Source: Botryllus schlosseri
Lineage: Eukaryota
Reading direction: 5' to 3'
Assembly (NCBI GenBank): GCA_051294905.1
Contig: CM119372.1
Span: 15,998,001-16,062,000 of the forward strand
DNA: 64,000 nucleotides
Every line of letters begins with the position of its first letter. Positions within the stretch are counted from its first letter, which is position 1. The notes under the pieces are model-generated. The model did no database searches. It was not told the DNA's origin and saw only the letters and a list, made by a program, of their open reading frames with translations. The position numbers and the translations under genes were made by a program. Shown here piece by piece: positions 13,998-25,789 of the stretch.

Positions 13998-15273
13998 CAG
14001 CACCGTAACTGCCGCACCCCAAACCCTTCAATTGGGGGGGGCCGAGCTCGAAGGGGGCCCAAAATTATTTCGTGAATTAGCATAAATCATGTAGTATTTT
14101 TTGAAAATTTATGCAATTTCTTCAAATTTTTTTCGCGCTGCGCGCGAAATTAAGTAGCCGTTTATCTATATTATTGGGTATTGGGCCATTACCGCGCCAC
14201 GACCCACCAAGACATACAATCAAGTTTTAGGCCATATAACATGCGACTCCAAGAAGTGTGCCAGAACGATCGGCAGGGAGAAAAGCTTGGCCGAAAAGGT
14301 CTATGCCCTTATGCAGACCTAAGACTTCGTTATATAGGCTATACAAAATACATATAGGTTTAATTGTCCATAGGCGCCTAAATAACTGGCGCCGAATGTT
14401 CCTGTCTTTGCAATCTGAACCGCACAAGACAAATACCATCCTGCTGAAAAAATTTTTATGCCAGTGAAGAAATACCAATTTGAAATCGTGTGCGTCTCTT
14501 AGTTTAGAAGCCTACGTTTGGGCAATTCTATATTTTTTGATATAGCAGTCTGGAAGTCACGAAATAACATCATGTAACGAAGTCATATCAACGGGTCCGC
14601 CCGTCCGAAGATGTTTAATCATTATTCACGGGCTCTCCCGTTTTCAAGACACTTCACTCAGCTCTACCGGTAATCTAATTACGTGAGTAGAGAGGACAAT
14701 AAATTGATAGCATAATATATATGCAATCGCCGATCTGATTGACCGATTTTATCATAAATTATCGAAAATTTTCGCGCCAGGCGCTGGCTCACAATACGGT
14801 GCAGATAATTTCGTGACAAACGCGAACAACGTGATTGGGGGTCGTTTTATCACGCTATGGGAGCCAAAGACCCAAGTTTTTGGGGGCCTGACGAGGTGCT
14901 GTTTCGTTCCTGCCAACGGGTATACGCCCGAAGATGTTTAATTATTATTGAGTGGTCCTACCTTTTCAAACACACCTCACTCAGCTCTACCGGCAAATCT
15001 GATTACGTGAGCAGAGAGAAGATTAAAATTGATAACAATATATGCAATTCCCGATCATACTGACCGATGAAATCATGAATTCTATAAATGTACTTTTCCG
15101 CGCTTCGCGCGCTTAGGCGACAAAAGCTGATTCACTAATCGAATTCCCAATGAATATGATGAATAGCGGTAAACAGTGTAGCGAAGCCCCCCAGAAGTTC
15201 GGTCTATAACCCTATGGGGGGCCCAAGACCAAAGTTTTTTGGGGGGGCCTGACGAAGTACTGTTACGGCCCTG
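13998..15273. mobile_element. Non-autonomous hAT element with GGGGCCC-rich ends
   Basis: CAGCACCGTAAC...GTTACGGCCCTG termini, TSD GTCATAAT/ATCATAAT. Inverted homolog of 40976-42314. Confidence 0.85.
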
Positions 15274-15289
15274 ATCATAATCAACTTAC

Positions 15290-15397
15290 GTCGGACAAAT
15301 CTTTCCCCAGGCTCCTCGCGACATCGTCCTCGCTCGTATTTTCTATTACAATATGCATCCATGCATTTCATGCGCATCATCCGCATCATTCGTAGTA
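15290..15397 (-). CDS. Candidate exon 2 of a secreted protein ((V)LRMMRMMRMKCMDAYCNRKYERGRCREEPGERFVR)
   Basis: Minus strand TTTTTTCGAAG acceptor and GTAAGT donor. 108 nt, phase 1-1, open in the frame set by exon 1. Confidence 0.45.
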
Positions 15398-15721
15398 CTT
15401 CGAAAAAATGAACATTTGGGTCAAAACACTTTGGATGATTATCGTTGGAAAACCGATATTAGCGGCTCACGAATTTAGTAATTTATGTTTTATCATACTG
15501 CAGTCCGAATGAACTCGCAAGTCGTAAATCATAAATGTAGAGTGTACACTTACAAACACACACTCAATTCAACTCAGAAAATGATCACGCACAAATTATA
15601 TAGTCATGTTGAAATAAACCAGGCTGGTACTCTTCAGGAGAAACATATGCATAAATAGCATAAGCCTGTTCAACTCAGATTCATTTATTTACCTGGATAT
15701 TTGAAGTAATTATGTACTCAC

Positions 15722-15815
15722 CTTTCCCTGAAGCACCGCTAGACCTGGAGTGCGCCTCGGCTATTGGATGGCAGACCAGTAGCATTAACAAAGTCCAGAG
15801 TACTATGCAATTCAT
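15722..15815 (-). CDS. Candidate first coding exon with signal peptide (MNCIVLWTLLMLLVCHPIAEAHSRSSGASGK)
   Basis: AAAATG start context, hydrophobic core, AEA cleavage-like motif, consensus AAG|GTGAGT donor in phase 1. Confidence 0.55.
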
Positions 15816-18243
15816 TTTAGAACTGGTTGGTTGATTATTGTATACTTCTGGAAGCGAAATCGTACTGTAAACTGTGCATAATTTGGCATGTGTGAATTGT
15901 GGCATAGAAATAATCCACAGCAAATACGCTTGGTTTACCCTTCCGATTTGGAGAGTTGTCTTTCCCATGCACATCAATAGTTCGAGACCGGTTGATATAT
16001 TCGGTGATCAACACCAACACTTGTTAATGGATTTATCTCATATAGCTCCAATTTCCATATCTATAATACCGCTAGTCTTATCACGAGACGCGTACTTTAT
16101 ATCACACCAATACCAATGCTCGTTTCATGGTTTCACCTTCGCCACTCTATCATCCATTCTCAAGCTATCTGTATCATATTTATTATTTTTAGCATAAGAT
16201 ATATAGCGGAAATGTGAGAGTTAGAGCTATTTCGAAATCTTCCACAACGAGTAATGTTCAGCTCACGTGGGAGTGAATTCATATACAGAAGGTTGACTGC
16301 CATAAACATACGCCTACTGTAGTTTATGCCAACAGGAGGTGCTGGTGTATCGTCTAAAAATATTACATGGAGCTTTAGCTATCTGCCCGCGTCAATTAGT
16401 CAAAATGTCATACCTGCAACGTCACATTTGGGGTTACGATTGTTGATATACAATGATCTCCAAATCCTCTACAATATGCTACTAGAATCTAGAAGTACAA
16501 AACTTCAATATTGCAGCAAACACTACACTCATATTGACGAATTTATTCCACTCGAAGCATTTCGACTGACTCTGTAGTCAGTAAATGCAGTTAAGACTAG
16601 TAATAATAAATTTGAGCGTTCGGGTCGCAAGTTATCCAGAACTGCCAAGTATGCTGCTATTAGCAACTCAGCAGTATACCTCTCTGCGTATTCAAGTGTG
16701 GCGACTGAGATGCCCAATTGCGCATCTATCCTTAGGTTAGTAATCTCTCGTTATACCGTACCTATCCTTGTTACCAGCCGTTCTCTACTCTGTGTATTTT
16801 TCGTAATTACGTCACAACGACAAAATTGTTTCTATATTTCGAATTTGTTTAATAGAAAGTAAGTGTCACGCTGATTCCGAAAATATAACTTGAAATATCG
16901 TCTGGGCGAATGAACCAACGCGAAATAGCCGCCGATCAATTGACCATCGATAGTATCTATGGCTGATGGTTAACAGATAAAGCTCTCTCCAACCTCAAAA
17001 TGTTATTTCATGACCGCATTTGTCGTCGTGGCCCGCAGTTCACCAAGACCTGTTCTAAACCATTGACCGAGAACTTGGGTTATTGCGCGATAAAATGCTC
17101 TCCCTCTCTTGTGCACTCGAAAACTATAAATATTAAGAATGAGAACACAGCTTTTGTGCACAAATCTTTTTTCCTTTAGTATCTCTCAAACACGTATACA
17201 GCAACGGATGCTGGTTTGTAATATCATTTACTCAGATCATTTACAATAGGCATTTGACTTTCTTTAGTAGGAAATCTGTATGAATGTGAAAAAGTACCAA
17301 GCACAGTAATGAACCTAAATCCGCAATTTTATTACTTTACCGGCCAATTGTATATCTTAGCTATTTCGCTGAGGTTACAATAATGATGACAAGTGCGATC
17401 ACAGGCTATACTATCAAATGATAAATGAGAGTGTGTTATCGGCACGATTTATTTATTTCAATGTACACGGCTGCAGGAATATCACCGGCGACTTTTCAAA
17501 TTCAGGCACGTGCCCATTATACATATTAAACTGTCTCATTAAATAATTAATCAATGGAGCGTTCACGTGAAGAGGGCGTGTTTGCGAATGCACAATCCCT
17601 CACACCATCATCTAAGATGAATTGAATGCTGAATCTGATGCCATTTGATTGGAACAGCGGTTTTCAACCAGTGAGCCATGGCCCACTGCAAGGATAATCC
17701 CCGAATTATCAAAGAAGAACTCAAATAACTCAGCTTCTACGGGTTGGAATTCAGTCAAATTTGTTTTGCATTGATTTTAAAGACAACGCAACAATTTCAT
17801 GGGGTTGACAGAAAAATTTGATGAAAATTTTCTAACTCTACGAAATCCGCGAATATTGGTTTGAATGAATTCAAATTTGCTGTGCGTCGTTTTTTTAAGG
17901 CGACCTAACGATTTAATCACGTAACCAGCAAGATTCAGGAAAAAAAGTTTTTTTTGAACAGCCCTAATGTATACTATACATTGTATAACCTACACCGTGA
18001 CCAATAACCATAGTTTAAGAGCATCATCGACAGAAGGCCTCAGGAAAGCCAGTTGATTGCTCATAATTTGGAAAAAAAATTACAACGGTGCTCTCATCCG
18101 ATCTGAATCGAGTTCCCATGATGCAAGGCGATCGACGGATGATTTTTTGAGTAGTGAAAGACGACGCTCGTTGCCACTAGGATTGTACTCATTAACCAGA
18201 ATTCTAGTTCCGATACTTTTTTACACTTCGGAAGCTCTAAAAT

Positions 18244-19022
18244 GAGGGGCGGCCAACCAGTGGCCCGCGAGAAGGTTTCTCGAAATTAGCTGTAATATTA
18301 AAAAAACAAAAATGTCAAATTAATTTATTGTGAATTAGCAAGGCCGACCAAAGGTATATATTAGCCTGACCGCGAAATTTGGGATGTTGATGACCGAAAT
18401 ATCAGTTCCAACGCATTTCTGTAACCAGGTGCCAGCCACGTTTTTTGTAGATCTTTGTATAGGACCATAGAGTAGACTATTCCATGGAGGGTTATTTCTA
18501 ACTGGCTATTTTAGCATTGGTGCCTCCTTAAGAAAATTAAAAGTTAAAAATAGCCCCAAATTTAAAGAATTGAGTCGAACTATATTCGCAATCACGAGAG
18601 AACGTCTCATTTGACAAGCGACCTCGCTTCTGCGCTAACAGAAAGATCGTTGGCGAAAAAACCTGTGCACGAAATGATAGACGCATGTTCACCGAATTCT
18701 TTGATGTTAATATGTCAAAGCGCCGAGTAATCGTGTCCTTGTCAAATGAGCCCAGCGGTATACAGGGGCGACCCACAATTTTTGCAAGTAACATTATAAT
18801 TGATCGAATTCATTCATTACTTTTGAAGAAATTTCGTGCAGTTAGGACATCCTTGCACACTGGGTTTGCATGAAATAATTGTTCGATAAGTCTTGCTTCC
18901 GCCGTCACCTAATCTGGCTCGCTCCTATCGAACGACTAAAATAGGTCCTAAAAATTCAAGTATCCCGCGCAATGGTTCGTAAATCTCATGTGGCCCCTGT
19001 GCCAAAAGGTTTGGTCCCCCTG
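18244..19022. mobile_element. Degenerate Buster-type hAT MITE
   Basis: AGGGGCGGCCAACC...GGCCC at the left and GGCCC...GGTTTGGTCCCCCTG at the right. TSD not convincing. Confidence 0.55.
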
Positions 19023-19980
19023 CTTTAAAGACTTTATTAGTCCTGATGCATCCTATGACCGCGCAGTACTAAAAATCGATACGTCATTAAAAATCACATA
19101 TCTGTGAAGTCGTGGTCAATCCACAGCGTAGCTCCGAAGTCGCATGAAACAGGGATGATCCAAAAATTACCAAATTATCTTGAGTAAAACTGACATTAGA
19201 TTACTTGCGGTCGCATAAAAGATATATATTTGAACTCACGACGTCATTCACACCCGTACTACGTTTAAATAAGTGATACTGGAATACCCGACTCGACTCA
19301 AAGCTTTATTCTCGTTGCAGAATCGAATCCCTCCGGCAATCGGGTTTTTCCGATCCTAGTTACCGCAGTCGCAAAAGTTCTGAATCATCCAGTGTAAAGG
19401 GTCAACGTATGATAAATAGAAAGTTCAACGGCAATTTCATGCCTGATCATTACGTGTAATCTTCTACAATGAAACCTGTGCTACCCCGAATCAAATAACA
19501 AACCAAGTCGATATCATGCTGAAATTAAAAATAATTTGAAGGTCACATTACAAGTTAGTGATGCAACGAAGTATATAACAAGTACCATCTAGTTTACATT
19601 GCAATATATCTTTGCAATCAATGAAATAATAAATAAATTAGTGTAAAAAAGACGTTTAAAACGCGTAATTATTAATCGGCAGGGCACCGGATCGTTTTAC
19701 GCTGGGCTACACGCCTATTCGACAATTATGAAACTGGTGAACAGTGTAGTTTTGACGGTATCATTCTTTAGGCTCACTGATTCATTTCAACAACCAATAT
19801 AGACATCTTGGATAAGTTATTCTATTGCTAAAATGAAGAAAACCAATCCCAGAGTCGATAGAAACTGAAAATTTAGTTGTGCAGTAACCGGACGCAACAA
19901 AGAGGCTCATACCGCGTATGTTGTTTACTGCTCTATTTACTTTCCAATCACGGGACAGGGACAAAGTTGTTGCTATATTT

Positions 19981-20317
19981 CAGGGGCGGGCAACATACGG
20001 CCCGCGGCCCGCAGAGAGTTTCTGCCTTGAAAATGAAATTCCAATCTGAAAGTATTGACAAAAGTTGTGCGACACAGAACGAATTCAAGTTTGCCAGCCT
20101 GAGAATTATGGTCATGAAACTACTTGTTCTGTTCATGTCTATATACATTTGCGAGCAAACATTTTCAACCATAGACATTACCGAGACAATGCTGCGTTCC
20201 AATATGAATATAACTGACGGTCACATGCAGTCTTTACTAAGGGTTTCTGCTCATGACATGCAGCCAGAGTTCAAAGAACCTGTTGACAACTTTGATCGAT
20301 CACAGATGTCCGATTGA
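19981..20317 (+). pseudogene. hAT (SPIN/Charlie, GTF2IRD2-like) terminus fused to a transposase C-terminal remnant
   Basis: CAGGGGCGGGCAAC...GGCCCGCGGCCCGC end. Peptide LFMSIYICEQTFS...ITDGHMQSLLRVS resembles the hAT dimerization region. Confidence 0.7.
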
Positions 20318-21920
20318 CCTCAACAGCCATTGAAGTGGGCTACATTGATGTTGAAGAAATGTTACTTGCTGCAATGTAGCACTAGGCAACACGTCAATGC
20401 ATCAGAGCAGTGCTTTCCAAGTATTTCAACTAGTACCCCCTTGACAACGAATGCAGTACCAACCACCTCCTCGACCGCCCACCCTCCCGCGCGGAAGGAG
20501 GCTGGTGTGCTGCATCTTCAAGATATTGGATTTCAGTTTTGCTATGAGCAATCTCAAAATATCCCCATTCCACTACGTCAAGTCGATCAAGTCAAAAGTT
20601 TGGCACTGAATGTGCACTTTACTGAATATAAGCTGGGAAAGGCAATGACAAAACAGTTACCTCGATTCCTGGAATCGGAAGGGTACTTCCTTTATATTGT
20701 TCCTCTACCAAGAACGAGTGATACGATATATTGAACCTAGACTCGAGCTAAAATTTGTTCTACAATGAAACAATAATTGCATGTTTGGAACTTCGCGGAA
20801 TGGATTGATTCTCCAGTCTGTAACTTCTTATTGAAATATGTCATAAAATCGATTTACCAAATGTGCTTGTGCACTTCGTCAATTCGAGACGATGGTAACA
20901 TGGTTTTACGCCAACATAAGATGTGCAAAGAGTACCCCGTACCGGTATCTAACTCATTCAGGCGTGAGCCCAATTGATAGCCAGCGCCCACCAATCGCTA
21001 TTTCATGTCGAGTGTCCGTTCACAGCCACCAAAGTCCCCAGGAGGATCTAGCACGCAGGCTGAGAATCACTGCGTTAGAGAGTTTTTGTTAATAGTTTAT
21101 AACGGTATTCGATCACCCAGTATTATATTTTGCCAAATCCAGTGTTCGCGAATAACGGTATCGACAGAATAGAGCTCCGACAATTATCAAGAATAGACGT
21201 TACCGAGAATGTACAATACCGAGAATGGACATTACCGATAAAATATTAAAAACATTCAACGGTATTTAAAACGATAAAATTCAGATTACTCGCGATAACG
21301 CGACGCATGGTCAGTGGGGTGGTCCAGAATTTGGAAAATCTCAAAAATGAGCCGTATCCACGTCTCATTCTGAAGAGCTTCTTAGAGGTACAGAACTTCA
21401 GTATGCAATTGAATAGTATTTTCATATTGAAATGAACCCGAAAATTTTCGGCTGACATTCGATATTTGCGCCAACGCGTTTTGCGGCGGTAAGCTACCAC
21501 CCCCATCATTCACCCGTACCGTTTTCGTTGAACTTTTACATGCCTCAACCTGTTCCGTTTAATTTAGCTTAACGATGTTATTTATAAACAAATCGATAGC
21601 GTGGCTATGGGCTCGCCTCTGGGACCTATTTTAAATGACATTTTCGTAGGATATTTTGAGGGAGAGCTTCTCTTCCAGTGTGAGTCCGTCAAACCATTCT
21701 TGTACCGCCGATATGTAAACGATACTTTTGTCATATTCAAGAATGAGTTGTAATGTGATCAATTTCTCGTTCGCTTTAACTCGCTTCACCCGGCCCTGCG
21801 ACTCACAATTGAAAAGAATGCAATAACACTCTGTCATTTTTAGGACGTTCTAAATATAGTCGAAAAAAATGATACCAATAAATTTGAAACATTATCTTCA
21901 GGAAACCGACATTCACAGGC

Positions 21921-22325
21921 TAGACATACATACAGAGAGATAGAAAAATTCTTTATTAGTACAATGTGATTTGACACAAATATGCAAATAAGACAAATGC
22001 AGCGATACGACCGCAACAAAATGCGTAGTCCTCAGGTCAGCTGTAGTCAAGGCGTAGTGATAGTATTATATAATGTAACTGTCAGTCAGTAACACTCAAA
22101 TAAAAGTATAAATGACAAAACGCAATACAGTAAAATAAAAAAAAAGCAAATATGTAGAAATGAGCTGAGACTTGAAATTCCGATGGAATGACACAAATGA
22201 CAAACCTCTATGCTTTAGTGATAAAGAGTTCCGAATCCTTGCGACCTGCAAAAGTTATGGGTCTCTGGCACACATTAGCGGCTAAATTTTGTGCAAAGAT
22301 ATTTCCAGGTGTGGCTGCTCCAGTT
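21921..22325 (-). mobile_element. LINE 3' end (CR1/L2-like) inserted in the Penelope-like RT
   Basis: Interrupts the RT right after RKPTFTG. Minus strand has a VARIRNSL-like C-terminus, AATAAA and a simple-repeat tail. Confidence 0.5.
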
Positions 22326-23214
22326 CATTCTTTGTAATTCATTTAGTCCTAGACGCAGAAAATCAACCTCATAAGCGCCCGCGCGCATATAGCGTTGATG
22401 GTATGTTCGGGTAACAAACTGACTTTAAAACTTGACAACATCCGTAAAATCGTACTTGATTACGGTTACCCCGAACACGTCATTAACCGCGGCATAGAGA
22501 GGAAATTAGGCAATTAAAGGCGGAAAAGTCAACAGAACCTACCGAACGTGCAACGAAATATCTTTACATTCATCTACTTTGGATTGGTCCTATTGCCACC
22601 CGCTTTGAAAAGCAATTGATTTTTGCGGTCAGTAAGTGTTACGACACAGTGAAGACTAGCGGGATTTTCACGACAACGCAACTGCTCCCTATACATCACG
22701 CATAAGACGTGCTTCTTGCACTTCAACAAAGTAATTCTGTGTACGAAAATCAGTGTCACTATGATTGTGGCTATGCGTGGGAAGAACGTCAAAGCGCTTG
22801 CAGGAACGGAGAAATCAGCATGTCCCTAGATTTATTAAAACACGAGCATCACGCTCGGTGAAAAGCTCACCCTTGACACATCCCCTCAATGCTGATGCGT
22901 TGCAATCAAAGGCCATAAATTCTGCCATAGGCAAGCATCTGTTGGATAATCACGTTCGTCCGAAAAAAATATCGAGACGACCGATTTCGCGTCGTCGGGA
23001 GTGGCCGATCACACTTTTATTTGAGCGCCTTGCAGTCGACTTCTATCAAAATACACCAGCCAAGGCTGTGTCTACAAAAAGAGTTCGTGTACCATCTAAA
23101 AATGGTGCATTGAACACTCTCTTATTCGAAATTTCATGCTGGTGACGTCATATTTTGTGATACGACTGTTGACATACAATGTTCTATCCAATTTTCTACT
23201 AGTTGTTGACGATT

Positions 23215-23248
23215 GCCCCTGACGAGTGTCCGCCAAAAATGTTCGGGT
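23215..23248 (+). ncRNA. Degenerate minimal hammerhead ribozyme
   Basis: GCCC-CTGACGA-GTGTCCGCC-AAAA-ATGT-TC-GGGT. The GAAA core reads AAAA. Confidence 0.55.
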
Positions 23249-23710
23249 TTATTTCAATATGAATATATATATTATTCAAAGTCCCATTCCATAGATTACT
23301 GATAATAAAAACGCCAATCAGCCTGCAATAAGCTCACAGGGAAGTCGTTAAGATTTGGCTAAAAGCATTTGAAAGCATTTGAAAGCATTTGGAAGTGGAC
23401 GTGCCACTGACCATAGAACTGCGAGAAGACTAGTAGTCGCGAAATCACGGCGCTTGATTGGCTATTCGGCTATGCCTCAATGATCACGAAGGTTGCGGCT
23501 TGCTGATCAAAAACGTGTAAAACATGACTGGCTTATTGTGAAAAGAGAGGGAGAGAGTCTTTATTTTTCATCCAACCAAAATACATTTAAAAAAACAGAC
23601 GGCAATGATGGCTGAACAAAAAATATGCACGCTCAGAATTCGATATCAGTTAGTAACGATTGGTATGACAGTGAAAGTAAATTAGTCTGATCAGACACGC
23701 ATCAAACAGG

Positions 23711-24668
23711 TAGGGTAGATGTGGTACCGATGGATCAAAAATTGGAAAATGACCGCTGGCCCCAAAATGTTCAGCCAAAAACAGCAGATCTTTTGCTGGT
23801 ATAGCACTTTGATACAAGCTCTACCTATCGCGTACACATATTTGAATATCCGTCTTTACAAAAAATATTTATAAGCGTTCAAAATTTGTTGCTCGAACGT
23901 ATCATCGGTCCCCACTTGGTGGGTCCAATGGCACACGACCCGGGTACCTAGGAGACATACTCTCAAAAACTCAGATGGGACAATTTTTCTCTTCTGTGTA
24001 TTATAATCTAAGCTACAGCAGGCCAAAGAAGAATGTTTGGTCGCAACCGTCGAAAAAGCAACTCAAATGTTGCCATGAAATCAGGCTCTGATCTATAGGC
24101 TCGAACTTATAAATTTGAGGGTACATACATATTGTCCGACAATCGACATTGTAACTTCCAAATACCTCGTTATAGCGATAAAACATCATATGCAATTATT
24201 ACATGAAGATTTTCTGTACGTAGGCATGTTTCAGTTGTTGCCTGATTAGAATGCTTGATTATTTTACTTGATTTTGGCTATTGTATCATCGGTCCCCACC
24301 CTACGAATTTTATACAAGAATCGAAAAAAAATCCACTGAAGGAAGGTATTTAATAAAATGATATGTGCTATTATATAGCCTGATACAAACCCAACACTTC
24401 ACATTAACAATGGTTGCTGGTCTGTTCGTGTTGAAGGTTACAGAGCAAAATGTACGCGTCGATCGAAATTTAGTTTACACCCCCCAAAACAGAAACATCT
24501 GTCAGAAACCCCATAGCTCGCGCACGTCGGAATTTTTGGCATTTGACGAGGAAAGATTTTGCCAGCATGCAATTGTAGACGAGCTCACGGAGTGTAATCA
24601 TGGAATTATCATAGAGAATTTTTCAAGTATTTTCGGTCCCAGTGATCCATCGGTACCACATCTCCCTA
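23711..24668. mobile_element. Non-autonomous DNA transposon (superfamily uncertain)
   Basis: TIR TAGGGTAGATGTGGTACCGATGGATCA...TGATCCATCGGTACCACATCTCCCTA. Second copy at 1-560. Confidence 0.8.
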
Positions 24669-25789
24669 CACTTGACTCCTTACAGTCTGGCTGTAAAAAA
24701 TGTTACTTAAAAAAGGAAAATAAATAAGAAAGTAAACGATGGTAGCTATTGATCAATGAAGAAATGTTACCGTTATAGCCTACATGCCTTGTTTTCATCG
24801 AGAGAAAGCACAAGATCTCGTGAAGAAATATTGCAAAGGCGCTATGCAAGTGGCGAACGAATTTCTAGTTTCAGAAGGGATGTACCATCATTGAATACCA
24901 ATATAAAGCTTAACAATAACCCTACTCCGTCTGATCTTATTAGAAACTTGTCGTGGTATTAAATTGAAGTTTTGAATGCTTTTAGGGTTGGTTGAATCAG
25001 CCGTTTATGTTATGCACTTTTCAGATTCTTATAGCATAATAAATATACAAGTAAGTGCTGTTAAAGTCCTTAGTGATGGCAGAAAAAGATGTGAGGGTAA
25101 GCACAGACTATGCTGGTACGACGAGCAAAAAGACAGTTTGCCTGTATAGCTTAGCATGTCCCAAACGCAGTGGTTCCCAACCTCTGGTACGCGTACCACT
25201 AGTGGTACGCGAAGGTCTTCCTGGTGGTACGCGAGTAGATTCTGTTTTTTTTCTTCTATCGAACGGAGTTATTAGTTCAGGTGGGGTTCATTTCAAGTTT
25301 TTTTTGAAGTTGTCGTCGTCGTGGTAGGCTAGGGGACGTCCGTGGCAAGGTAGATCGAAGAAACGAAAACGATTTGTTGCGTCCATGCATAACTTTCGAT
25401 GCGCTGTGAGTAAACGTATGCCGCGCATCGACCAGCTAGTGGAAAATAAACAAGTGCAGTCATCGCAATAAATGAATTGACTTTTGTTGTTTGTTAATGT
25501 TATTTCATTATGTTGTTCTTCTTGTGACTGGTGGTAAAATACAATTCCATGCATCCCATCAAACCTGACTTGACTCGAGTCACCATTTTCGTATGACTTA
25601 TTATTAATATTATATTTAAAAGCAATTTTAGTGACGCATATAACAACTATGGTCTTTTGCGTCACGACATAACGGTTGCTAATCGCAATGCTAATCGAAT
25701 CGATATTGCGATAAGTAAATACAGTCAACTAAACATTTAGTACTGTCTCTTGGTCTTCGCAAGGAATTCCCACAGCAAAGGTAATATAT

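Larger units (their letters stand above)
21500..23270 (+). mobile_element. Decayed Penelope-like retroelement (RT plus GIY-YIG endonuclease plus terminal repeat)
   Basis: YKQIDSVAMGSPLGPI, YRRYVNDTFV, FNSLHPALRLTIEK, RKPTFTG, VGRTSKRLQERRNQH and SAIGKHLLDNH occur in order, with frameshifts. Confidence 0.85.

Noticed and set aside
19782..19964. CR1-like C-terminal peptide (FSNRI)
   Set aside because: Too short and degenerate to annotate.
20330..20734. 134-aa ORF
   Set aside because: Non-ATG start, no recognisable domain, no clear splice sites.
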